From Octopus vulgaris (lineage: Eukaryota): a stretch of DNA of 64,000 bases. The stretch's first letter is position 1. Each line of letters begins with the position of its first letter. The notes under the pieces are model-generated. The model saw nothing but the letters and a program-made list of their open reading frames with translations, did no database searches and had not been told where the DNA came from. The position numbers were made by a program, and so were the translations under genes. The stretch covers positions 90,272,001 through 90,336,000 of the forward strand of contig OX597821.1 of assembly GCA_951406725.2 (NCBI GenBank), given 5' to 3'. Shown piece by piece: positions 13,110 through 24,970 of this stretch.

Positions 13110-13178
<69 letters not shown>
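13075..13178. repeat. (GATA)n/(GATG)n microsatellite
   Basis: Direct reading. Confidence 0.93.
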
Positions 13179-13664
13179 GTAGACAGACAGGCAGATATGC
13201 CTCGTATATATGCAACTAGTTAACTATAAATTTAAAATCATTACGTATTCCTTTAATAAACGCTGGTATAAACACGGTTTTCATTTTATAACCATATATT
13301 CTCAAATGTATTTGGCTGAAGTACAGCGAATATGTAGCTACTGCCATGCACGCTATGAAATTAAACATCATTTTAATCGTCCGAGAGATACTTCACTTAT
13401 AAAAGTATTTCGTCCTGTTATCAATACATTAAAAACGCTCTTCACTTTCTTAAGAATTCCTATGAATAGTCACACACTATAAACGATCAATCATTTTTGA
13501 TTTCCATTCGCCAATTCACGCTATGGTACAAGTATTTAGAGTGTTAGAATGTATTTAACTCATTCCCTTTTCTATATGTGTAATAAATTCGTTATATTTC
13601 TACAATACACAAATATTTTAACAACATTTTATACAATTCCTAATAATATTTAATTATCAAAATA

Positions 13665-14190
13665 TTGGGTTGTCTGGAAAGTTCATGCCGATTTATCGTA
13701 GCTTACCATTCGACTTATTTTAGATCATGGCTGAGTTCATAAAATAGGATTTCACTACACCTCCATTTAGAGCACAGTTTAACCTATCTTTTCGTGGAAG
13801 AAGTTTTATTTTCCAATAACGTGTGTTAATTCTGTAACCCTTTAAAATGGAAAATAAGAAAGTTCATTTTCAGCACTTGATGGTTTGGGAACCAGACAAA
13901 TATTGCTGCAGCTTGACTGAGATGTGTTATCCCACCCTCCATATTCACCAGGTATTGCTCCTTCAGATTTCCACTTATTCAGGTCTCGGCAGAATAGTCT
14001 TAGTGGTAAAAATTTCAATTCCTTGCATGTTGCAAAAAGATACCTTGATGAATTCTCTGCCATGAAACAACCTCAATTCTGGGAAGAGGGTATTTTCAAG
14101 TTAAAGGAAAGATGGAGACGCATTGTGCAACAAAATGATTCATATTTGGTTGATTAAAAATCAACAAGTATTTATTGACATTTTTCTTAA
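13665..14190 (+). mobile_element. Internally deleted mariner element: left TIR, transposase N-terminus and C-terminus
   Basis: TA|TTGGGTTGTCTGGAAAGTTCATGCCGATTT TIR-like start. MENKKVHFQHLM N-terminus is fused by deletion to LSHPPYSPGIAPSDFHLFRSRQNSL...GIFKLKERWRRIVQQNDSYLVD*. No right TIR found. Confidence 0.9.
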
Positions 14191-15252
14191 TAACAAAGAT
14201 GTAGCTAACAATGTTATAAATATTTTGGTGCAGGCTGGTATTTTCAAATTTGAGAACCACTGTAATAAGCGGATATATTTTAGTGAAACGTGAAATATAT
14301 TCCCAAATTGAAACTGTTACATATCGTGCAAAACAGCTTTTGCTTCAAATTTCTATAAAATCCCTTCACAGTAATGTATACACTATATCATAAAATGTAA
14401 ATAGATGACATGTTTAGATGAGATCCCTTGCTCTACCGATTCTATTTTATAGATGCAGAATAATCATCTCGAAAACCGAAACACTTGCCCTTCGGAGCAT
14501 TACGGAGACAGGATCATCAACTGTTTTATATCTCTTATCGTGGTTTACGTGTTTATTATGCTCTCGAAACAATCTGTAGCGCTTGTTACATATTTTATTT
14601 AAAGTTAACTATATAATAATACTCTAACATATTTCTCCAAACACACAGATATACACACAGACTTGAATGAATATAGAGATTTACTGCAGCCAATGACTCA
14701 AAAGGGATTGTCAACAGGTGGTGCTTATTATATTCTTGTTTCTTCTATATCTATTCTATTGTTGTTCCTTTTCTATGTGACCTGACATGTGTAGACCTAT
14801 CAACCCTTTGGCTACTGTCATAAGAATGCTAGGAAGCTTTATAGCATAACATTTGTTCCATCTCTAGGGCCAGATAAAGCATGCATATGAATTGTTCAAA
14901 TTATGAATATATGATTTTTTTTTCTTTACATTTTTACACAATAGAGAGAAAAGTGGGTATACAATTTAGAAATGATAATACAATCTACAAGAAATTTGGT
15001 ATTTATAGAAGTAAGGAATTTGCTACTGTTAAGAGGTAAATAATTCATGAAGAATTGGTTCAGATAATACATAATGAGAAGGAACAATATAGTGTATTTC
15101 AAAATCGTTTCTTTAACTTTTGTAAATTATGGGACACTCTGTTCATCAAACTGTAGGACTGCTTGCATACACTATCACATAACTTACAATACATGGGCCG
15201 ACAAAAAGCCTTATGAGTGGATTGGATAGACGGAAACTTAAAGAAGCTAGTA

Positions 15253-15300
<48 letters not shown>

Positions 15301-15303
<3 letters not shown>

Positions 15304-15380
15304 CGTTATTCTAATACATCTGTTTGTTTTGTAAACCACCTGTCTTCGTCTTTTTTTTCTTTTTCGTAAACTCTCCCTAT
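15301..15380 (+). mobile_element. 3' tip of Penelope-like pseudo-LTR family D
   Basis: GAGCGTTATTCTAATACATCTGTTTG..CCACCTGTCTTCGTC matches 30880-30950 and the reverse complement of 19543-19620. Flanked by (TA)n. Confidence 0.75.
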
Positions 15381-15395
15381 GTATATATATACATG

Positions 15396-15757
15396 TGATA
15401 TTTTATATAAGCTTAAAAAGTTCACCGTGCAACGACTAAGGAAAATTTTAGGAAAAATAAATAAGTAAATGAATGGAAACTTTACTGGTGAGTGTGTTAA
15501 ATAATAAGGCACTAAAAGAGAACGACTCCCCACAAACACAACAAAATATACTTCAACACACAAACTGTGACAGCCTTTAAAATCAACTGTGTTAAAATCT
15601 GAAGTTCTTAAAGGAGTGCCTTTTTACTTTCGAGGGTTTATATGCCCCGTTATTACAATAATTTCATTAGTCATTGCACGGTGATCACCATAAGATTTAA
15701 GCTTATATAAAAATGTCATTATTATTATTTACAGGATTGTAAAATACGGCACCGTAT
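15396..15757. mobile_element. MITE-like element with imperfect inverted repeats
   Basis: TTTTATATAAGCTTAAA..TCACCGTGCAACGACTAA (15401-15439) is inverted at 15667-15718. Its interior (15446-15527) recurs at about 18275-18357. Confidence 0.6.
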
Positions 15758-15779
15758 AGCAAAACCTTTCGCACGAAAA

Positions 15780-15816
<37 letters not shown>

Positions 15817-15822
<6 letters not shown>

Positions 15823-16369
15823 TAAAAAAAATAGAGTTAACGCAGGTGTAATCAAATATTTTTACTTTCGACACATGTTTCGAAAATTCCACTGATACTA
15901 TTCAAAAGAATAAATGGTATAAACAATGCAATCTTCTCCTCAGGAAAGTGAAAAAACGAAACTCGTCAATAAGACATTTTAGCAAAAGATGATGGATTTG
16001 TATAGCGATAGACAGAACGCTATTAATATTGTTTAAAAAAGTATAAAAAAACGTTATATGATATAACGTCATAAGTAGCTAACAGAAAGAGTAGAAGATT
16101 GAGGAGAAGATTGCAGTGTTTATACCATTTATTCTTTTGAATAGTATCAGTGGAATTTTCGAAACATGTGTCGAAAGTAAAAATATTTGATTACACCTGC
16201 GTTAACTCCATTTTTTTTTATTCATATTATTCAAAATATTCAACGTAAACACGAAGTTTCTACCTTTATAAACAAGGAGTTGCAACACCTTTACTTGTGA
16301 GATTTTTGCTGCCCTGGTAACTATTTATTTATTTTCCGTGTTAATTGTTAGCAAGGTAAAATACACTCA

Positions 16370-16371
<2 letters not shown>
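15817..16371. mobile_element. Penelope-like pseudo-LTR unit with a ~126-bp inverted repeat, flanked by (TA)n on both sides
   Basis: 15817-15942 is the near-perfect reverse complement of 16100-16226, and the arms carry a hammerhead motif. Inverted pLTR pieces and hammerheads are hallmarks of PLEs. Confidence 0.75.
15864..15949 (-). ncRNA. Type I hammerhead ribozyme
   Basis: Minus strand: ACUUUC (stem I) CUGAGGA (core) GAAGAUUGCAUUG...CAGUGGAAUUUUC (stem II, 12 of 13 pairs) GAAA C-AUGU-G UC^ GAAAGU (stem I', 6 of 6 pairs). All core nucleotides are canonical. Predicted cleavage is after GUC, between plus positions 15870 and 15869. Confidence 0.88.
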
Positions 16372-16429
<58 letters not shown>

Positions 16430-16655
16430 TACGTGTGTGTCTTTGTGTCTGTATTTGCTCCTGCGTCCCTTCTTGACAACCGGTGTTTGTGTGTGTTTCC
16501 GTCCCCATATCTTAGAGGTTTGGTAAAAGATACCGATAGAAAAGTACTAGGCTTAAAAAAATATAATCTCTGGGGTCGATTTGTTTGATTAAAACCCTTC
16601 AAGAGTGTACCGCAGTATGGCTGCAGTCAAATGACTGAAACAAGTAAACGATAAA
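16430..16655 (+). mobile_element. SINE family A, older 3' half
   Basis: CTTGACAACCGGTGTT...GCAGTCAAATGACTGAAACAAGTAAA. Confidence 0.8.
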
Positions 16656-17339
16656 GTATCGCACAACTTAAATTATTAGATGTCCTTTGCTAAATATTTG
16701 TTTCACAAAATTCAATATTTTTCTTGCGTGATTCGCAAATAAGTGAACCATTTTAAAGTAATTTGGTAATTACGAAGCGTAAGCTTTCCCAAATATATAA
16801 ATAGACACCGACTGACTTTTTGAGGGGATAAATATACATCTAATACTTTCTTGCCGTTGATCTGAGAAGCAGCTTCCTCTGAAATGTGACATCTTCCTTT
16901 AAATGGAACATCGCCCAAACGACCCCCTCTTTAAAGATATGTATCCTTGAATTAAAAGTAATGCTTTTGTCTTTCAGACATTCCAGCATATTCTTGGTTT
17001 TCAGGTGCAAGTTCTCCTCCGTTACTGCAACCAAACATTAAGAAATAAAAATATCTGATATTCTCTATTTTATAGTAGCCTCAATATCATTTCTATTGCA
17101 CGCTGTAACTTAGTTTTTGCAGGCAGTTCTTATGCCATAAGATATTCGTGTCATCTCAATAAACAACCGCCGGTTACGCGTATCGATAGATTTGAAATCA
17201 TCATTTATTTGGATTTGTAGCGTAATTTGCATGAAAGAAAATCCTGCATCTCAGTTAGTGAAATGTGTGAAATTCATATTCGGAGTTGAACATGCATAAA
17301 TCTGTCTAGCTTTCCTGAGATTACAAGTGTCACACATTG

Positions 17340-18200
17340 TTTGTTTGTGCGCATGTGTGTCGGTCAGTGTGCGTGCATATACACTTGTATGTATGCATGT
17401 AAGTGTGTATATGCATGTATATATATAAATATATGTGTGTGCGTGCGTATCTATATATGTTTGTGTGTAAGTTTGTATGTTTTCTGCATATTCAAGTTTT
17501 TATGTTTGTGTGTTCGTGTTTGTGTTTTTATGTGTGTGTGTGTTTGCATGTGTGTGCGTACCTCTGTCTCGTGTGTGCATGTTTGGCTCGGTGTGTGTGT
17601 GTCTCTATGGGTCATTGTGACTATGTACTGTGTCTGTATGTATGGAGTGTATCTCTATATGTGTGGCTGTGTGTCCCCATATGTGTCATTGTGTGAAGTG
17701 AAGTGTGTATGTATTTGGTCATGTGTTTCAGTCTTCATTTTCGCATGTGTGTGTATGTGTGCTTGTCTGTTCATTTTCAGACAAGTGTGCATACACAAGC
17801 AAACATACACACACACTTCACTTCACACAACGACACATTTGTAGACACACATCCATACCTATGGAGAAACACATCCATGCATACAGGGACAGTACTTAGT
17901 TACAAAAACTTACACACACACACAGACACAGTCAGAAATACACGTACAAGGAACAGAGGTACACACACAAACACGAACATGCGAACACATAAATACAATC
18001 ACATGAATATGCAGAATATATGCATACAAACGTACACACATACATACATATATAGACACGCACACACATATACATACATGCTTACACACACTTACATACA
18101 TGTATACATACATATGTACATACATACATACACACATACATATATACATACATAAAAACATGTGTATGCGTACATACACGGGCAAACACACATGCGCACA
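17340..18200. repeat. Degenerate (TG)n block followed by a (CA)n block
   Basis: Low-complexity RY alternation that switches polarity near 17790. Confidence 0.85.
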
Positions 18201-18486
18201 AACAAACAAAAGAACGCAGCTCGGATAACGGACAGAGTCAACGACTATTGCAAAGATTGCAAGACGCAATAAACATTCTAGGAAAAATAAATAAGTAAAT
18301 GAGTGGAAACCTACCGGTGAGTGTGTTAAATAATAAGACGCTAAAACGAGAATGACTTTTAAAGTCTAGATTACATAAGGTCTAGATTACATACACATTA
18401 ATATAAAATTAAACCAATTGTGAAGATTGTCGCAGAAGAGAATTCTTCTTTGGTAAAAGGCATCTATCCCATGTGTTACGATTGAG

Positions 18487-19260
18487 TCAGTTAAACGGAA
18501 AATCTTCCTTTGCTGACGTAGAAGGGCGATTTTGATCTAGCCGGCCTTTGCTAATCAACCTCTGAGCGTTCGATTTAGATACTGCTTGATCTATTCCACC
18601 AATGATCATTTTTCGAATACTCCATTGGTTCTGTAAAACATCATGTTCTCTGTGGTACGTTTTTGTCTGTACAACAACTGCAGTCTTTGAAGGAGTTGCA
18701 CTTGCAACAAGAAACGCCAAATAAATCTTTTTTGCATTGTTTTTAACCACATTACACTTTATTTGAAATGATGGCACATTTTTTTTTCTATTTTTCACAG
18801 ATTTTAGTAATGCTTGGTACTTTAGATAAACATTTAAGATTTTCGGTTTAAATTATTCAATCGTAACACAAGGGATGCAAGCCTTTTGCCAAGAAGAATT
18901 ATCTTTTATGCTACAATCTTCACAATTTGCTTAATTGAAGGATCTTTCTTAACTACACTCTTTTCTTTTTCTCGTTCGAATAAAGCACAGTTTAGTACAT
19001 CCTTGTAAGTTGGCAAAACTCGCTCGCTAAGATCACATGGAATACCAAATATTGGGAATTCAATATCATGAGTCATCACTAAATATAAACTCAAATATAA
19101 AATCAAGGTGCAAAGCATAAAAATTCAATTGCGTTCCGGAGCCTAAAATAAGACATTTAACCGCAAAGTTCTTTATACACCTTTCTTTTAACCGTAATTC
19201 GCAACAAAATATCGATGCTTAGTTAGCAATTTCGAATGTTGTACTTTTCACTCCACCCTA
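18487..19260 (-). mobile_element. 5' portion of a hAT-superfamily (hATm-like) transposon with decayed transposase N-terminus
   Basis: Minus strand begins TAGGGTGGAG at 19260. Frameshifted protein reads FPIFGIPCDLSERVLPTYKDVL..WQKACIPCVT..LFGVSCCKCNSFKDCSC..NQWSIRKMIIGGID, matching the LPT / W.KA.IP / LFD..ACKC / DQR..RKM.IG.ID pattern I associate with hATm transposases. Confidence 0.65.
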
Positions 19261-19277
19261 ATGTGTGTATGTACGTA

Positions 19278-19308
<31 letters not shown>

Positions 19309-19478
19309 TGTATGTATGTATGTATGTATGTATGCATGCATGCATGCATGTATGTATGTATGTATGTATCTATCTATCTATCTATCAATTTTTCTATCTA
19401 TCTATCTATATATCTATCTATCTATCTATATATCTATCTATCTATCTATCTATCTATATCTATCTATCTATCTATCTA

Positions 19479-19542
<64 letters not shown>

Positions 19543-19546
<4 letters not shown>

Positions 19547-19973
19547 CAAAATTCACAAAATACAAAAGACGAAGACAGGTGGTGTAGACAACAAACAGAT
19601 GTATTAGTATAACGCTCGTGAAGTGAAAAAGTCTTTAACGTTTGGAGCCTATGCTCTTCTACAGAAAGGAACACAGAAAGAAACAAGGAGAGAAAATAAT
19701 GTGTAGTGGCTAGTGATCTATCATGGCGAATGCCGGACAGAAGGGTCACACAGGACAGCTGGGTAGACGGTAGATAATAAAGTGGTGATGATCCCAAAAC
19801 GAAGGTGCGCGTGCATGTGTAGAAGAGAGTCTGTATGTGCGTGTGGAAGAGTGCTGGTGATCTTGACTTGTGCGTGGTGGTGTGTTGTGATGTGATGCGC
19901 TGTGTGGTATGGTGGTGTAAGGTGTAGTGGCGTGTGGTATGGTGAGAATGGTGTTGGAGGTGGGGGAGGCGAT
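19543..19973 (-). mobile_element. Penelope-like element 3' region / pseudo-LTR (family D)
   Basis: Shares its terminal segment with 15301, 24458 and 30772. Its inner end (GGTGGGGGAGGCGATA) matches 39897-39912, which lies downstream of a GIY-YIG-type C-terminus. Flanked by (TA)n on both sides. Confidence 0.78.
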
Positions 19974-20009
19974 ATGTATATATATATATATATATATACA
20001 TGTATATAC

Positions 20010-20498
<489 letters not shown>

Positions 20499-20504
20499 AT
20501 ATAT

Positions 20505-21480
20505 ATAGCGTCGTAATAACAAAGGGTAAAATTAATTCATTAAGAAGTAATCAATAATTTGACCAAGTAGAATTCGGCATGAAAAAGGACCATTTCACGG
20601 TAAACTTAAGTAATACTTTATAATTAGGGTTCAGCAAAGATTTGCTTTACTACATACTGAAGTTTAGAAATAGCAGCCAAAAAACCTTAGCTATTTCTTC
20701 TACTTTAAAAAGGGACTCCCAGAAAAACCAAAATACTTGAAAACAATTGTTTTCAAGTATTTTGGTTTTTCATAAATGTAAATGTCATTAAAATTACTAA
20801 AAGCATTATTCAGCAACACTATTGCTAGAAATAAGAGTCAAATTAAGTCATAGTCACCAGAAAGCATTTATCTTATTTTTCTTAGCATCATTACTAAATG
20901 AATGTCTTCTGTCAAGGATTATTGGTTTTGTGTTATCTAAGTATACCAGCAATTAATTCTCAGATACCATAGTGTAGATAATATTTGCTGTAACATTATT
21001 TAGCATTTTAGTTGCAAGGCAATGGCTTTTTTCACAGTTCCAGGTCACTGTTGGTATAATCTTGAGTTCTTGTTTCTAAAATATCATAAAAAGCCCCACT
21101 GTTTTAAACATTAATTCATTAAACTGAAACCATTTTTAAGTGGCTTTTGAGACGTTTCAGCGGATATGTGTTCACCTGAATCGAGGTAAACCGGCTACCA
21201 ATATCCACTCGTATATCCGAAATGATGTTATTCAGTTTAACTTGAATGTAATACTTTCCTCCCTTTGTTGTGTAACCACAATTATTGTAATATCAGAACG
21301 ATCATCATCAGTTTTGTACCACAAATTCCATGTTCCACACTTCTCTTTTTAAAGCGACCATTTGATTGAAAACGATTCTTTTTGCAACACTATTTGCATA
21401 TCTTTCCAAATATATGACACTTCTCTTGAATAAATCCAGAAAATAACCAGGAAATTTGAATAACCAGAAAATTTGAATAA
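20505..21480 (-). mobile_element. Possible decayed Penelope-like element with a fold-back junction
   Basis: Starts at a (TA)n and contains a perfect 50-bp palindrome at 20722-20771. Minus-strand TWNCEKSHCL..NIIY..VYLDNT..RRHSF loosely follows the CxC..C/NIIY/YIG/R..H..SF order of PLE endonucleases. Confidence 0.4.
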
Positions 21481-22133
21481 CCAGAAAATTTGCATTTTTA
21501 AAACTGCTTTTTTGCTTACACATTAGACAACGGTAATAATAGGCTCTGAGAAACTTCGACTCTGCTGAAATGCGATATCATCTACGGTTGTTAAAAATTC
21601 ACACATTTATCGATTGATACTTTTCCCATCTAAAGATGTTCCAATAACCGTATTCTATTAGAGTCACGGTGCAAAGAAATTCCACGTTATAACCCCGAAT
21701 GAAAAAATTCTGTTAACAGTAAAATTTTTGTAATGATAATCCAGTTAATCTTAGTCTATGTAAACAAGTCTTGTTCTGATAATACTGAAACTGTAGGACA
21801 TTTGACTTTGTGGAGATTGTGAACAGCTGATTACTGCTGCTTTTAACCCCAGATCGGACAGTCACCGGTTTAATACTCAGTCTCGGTGTGCTGATAAGAG
21901 TGCTTTGCCCTTGAAGCTATTGCTAATAGAAATCTGTATATCTTGCCTTAAAGCATGTGATAGAAGAGGTTGTATGGGTAACAAACACACACCTAGATAT
22001 ATACATACACATGCACACGCATTGACATATACACACATATACATATAATAAATTAATAAATAAAATAAAGTATATGCATATATACATACATATATGTACG
22101 TACCTACCTCTACATGTATATATACATGCATAT

Positions 22134-22312
22134 ATGGGTACAGGACACCAAAACAACGTCGAACAAAATGAGAAACGAAAACATAAACACAAAACCAAGG
22201 AAATGGACATTTTTCTTAAACAATGAAAAAATAGAGTACAGGACATACAATACAAGGAAAATTCCCCCTCTTCAGTCACCTTTGTTTCATCTACTCCGCG
22301 TTTCGAAGGTCA
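22134..22312 (-). mobile_element. Probable pseudo-LTR fragment of another Penelope-like family
   Basis: Unique 180-bp unit between TA-rich tracts. Minus strand has CGAAACGCGGAGT..ACTGAAGAG, an arrangement echoed at 61703-61740. Confidence 0.4.
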
Positions 22313-23012
22313 ATATATACACACAGTTATTTATATACATATCGATGCATAATCATCATTATATACATTTCCTTTTCTCTTGTAACATTGCATATACACT
22401 GACTTTTCTTCGACATTTTGCAAGAGAATTTCACCCCATTGAAGATTGCTTCTGAGTGAAATCTTTTTTCTGCAGTTGTTCAAGATGAACTATAAATACA
22501 TGGATGTTTCTTGTCATTGCAAACATTTAAGGATCAATGGTACAGTTTCCTCTTTTAGTGACTAAAAATGTTTGAAAATGATATATTAAGGAAATATGAA
22601 CATACTACATTCTGTTTTATTTCGTTTCTATTATTCTTTTCTTGCCTCTGTCATTGGCGTACGGTCCAACTGGAGCGCTACATTGAATGGTTTAATCAGT
22701 CGAGTTAATCTTGAAGATTGGTATGGATATTGGTTTTCTCGGCCGAATCACCAGTTTTCAGAAACGTATGCAAATTACTACCTGTAGTCAATCGGTGAAA
22801 GACAAACACAAAAATTACCCCAATAACATGTATATAAAACACATATAGATATGTATTTGTGTGTGTCCACGTGTCTATATGTGTGAGTATATATTAGCAC
22901 ATGCATGGCCATGCTGTTAAGTAGCTCACCTTACAATGACTGAAATACGTAAAAGATAAAACATTATACATGTACACACACACACACACAAACACACACA
23001 CATGCACACATA

Positions 23013-24265
23013 CACGGGTTGTACAAAATAATTGTAACACCTGGCATCATAACATCATAATTTTGAAATATCTATGAAACCGTCAGTAGCTTATTAATTT
23101 TAATGTTCTTTTATTTATTATTAGTGTTGCTTGATATGGTGTGATAAAATTGCTGTTTCGTTTCAGATATCATCAGAAAAAAGTAATTAAAATTCATTAA
23201 AATCAGAGATCAATCGGACTTTCAAAGAGGAAAAATTGAAGGTGCTTGTATGGCAGACACTCGTAACGAAAACAGCTGAAATGTTTGGTGTATCAAGAAG
23301 TACGGACTCAAAAGTAATGACAGCCTTTGAGAAAGAGGGAAAACCTCCTCGTCGAAACAAAACTCCAGAAGGAAACCAAAACTTTCAGATTGGGACCGTT
23401 GGACTCATGAATTGTTAGAAATGATCACAAAAGTACAGCTCCCAAAATTACTGCAGAGCTTAATGACCACACCAGGATCCAGCTTCCGCAAAAACTGTTC
23501 GCCGGAGCTGCGCAAAGCCGGATTTCAAGGGTGGACTGCAATCAGAAAACCACTACTCTCAAAAAGAAACGTTGCAATGTGTTTAGAGTGGAGTAAAAAC
23601 CTACAGAATTAGATCCTAGATCAGTGAAAGAATGTTGTTTTCTCGGATGAGTCATCCTTTCCTTTATTTCCGACCATCGGCCTAGTGTACGTGTAGAGAC
23701 AGCCAAAAGAATCATTTGATCCAGACTGCCTTCTTCCAACTGTTAAACATGGAGGAGGATCTGTGAAGATCTGCTGGTGGTGGGGAGGGGAGATAATGAT
23801 ATAACTTTGATATCCGCGGACCCGATGGCTTCCTTTCATGGCAGAATTAATAGACAAGACTATTTAAGCATTTTATCTGATCAAATTCATCCTATGGTTG
23901 CGGAACAGTTTCCGGAATGATGATGCACCAATTCACACAGCTAAAGTTGTTACTGAATGGCACGAGGAACATTCTTGTGAAGTTGAACCCCTTACCTGGC
24001 CACAGCCCCCAAATCTTAATATTGTTGAACATTTATGGTGCATTTTAGAAAAACAAGTAAGGAGTCGATATCCTCCACCATCATCACTACAAGAACTGGA
24101 GACTATTTTAGCTGAAGAATGGATAAAAATTCCTTTGGAAAGAATTCAAACTTTGACGATTCCATAGAAATCAAGCGGTAATTACTGTCAAAGGCTGACT
24201 TACCCGATATTAAAATAAATTTGTTTGAAATTTTAAGGTGTTTCCATTATTTTGTCCAACCTCTG
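23013..24265 (+). mobile_element. Near full-length decayed Tc1 (DD34E-type) transposon
   Basis: TIRs CACGGGTTGTACAAAATAATTGTAACACCT and reverse-complement CAGAGGTTGGACAAAATAATGGAAACACCT. Transposase motifs: TAEMFGVSRST, RKPLLSKRN, VVFSDESSF, PTVKHGGGSV, NDDAPIHTAK, WPQPPNLNIVEHLW. Multiple stops and frameshifts. Confidence 0.93.
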
Positions 24266-24339
24266 TGTGTGTGTATATATATAAATATATATATATATAT
24301 ACATACATACATACATACATATGTATGTATGTATGTATG

Positions 24340-24445
<106 letters not shown>

Positions 24446-24457
24446 TGTGTATACATA

Positions 24458-24640
24458 TCCGTTCTTTGTATTTTTCGTAGTCTGCATTTTTTCATCTTTG
24501 TTTTTTTCCTCTTGATCCTTTCTGTCGAAGGGAGTAGATTCGAAATGTGAAAGACTTTTCCATTCTTCCCCAGCGTTAACCGAAGACACCTGCTTGTTCT
24601 TTCACTTGTCTTCATGTTTTATTCTCTGTAAATTTGTACT
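24458..24640 (+). mobile_element. Decayed family D pseudo-LTR copy
   Basis: CCTTTCTGTCGAAGGGAGTAGATTCGAAATGTGAAAGAC..AGCGTTAA..TTGTCTTC aligns with 30772-30955. Lies between microsatellites. Confidence 0.65.
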
Positions 24641-24656
24641 ATACATACATACATAC

Positions 24657-24712
<56 letters not shown>

Positions 24713-24794
24713 TTTTTGTGAATGACAACCACAGCATGCTTGTATGTATGTGCCTGCTGTATGTTAACGCGCGTAATGGCAGGTGTCCTAGTTT

Positions 24795-24970
24795 TTAGGG
24801 TGGTGCGCTCACAACTGCATGTTTGTGGTTTCGATTCCCAGACGACCGATGTCGCGTTGTGTTCTTAAACGAAACCTTTCCTTTCACTGTTGATCCCGAT
24901 GTAACCTTATGGAGGAAGTTCTTGAGAACTACTTCCGTGAAACTCCCAGGAATAGAGACCGGAGAAGATT
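24795..24970 (+). mobile_element. Decayed tRNA-headed SINE related to 43735-43915
   Basis: GTGGTTTCGATTCCCAGAC B box and GTAACCTTATG are shared with 43735-43915. Confidence 0.55.

Noticed and set aside
16700-17040. Overlapping minus-strand ORFs including VPFKGRC (piggyBac-like word)
   Set aside because: No supporting downstream piggyBac motifs or TTAA/TIR ends. It could equally be a LINE ORF1 relic, so it is left unassigned.
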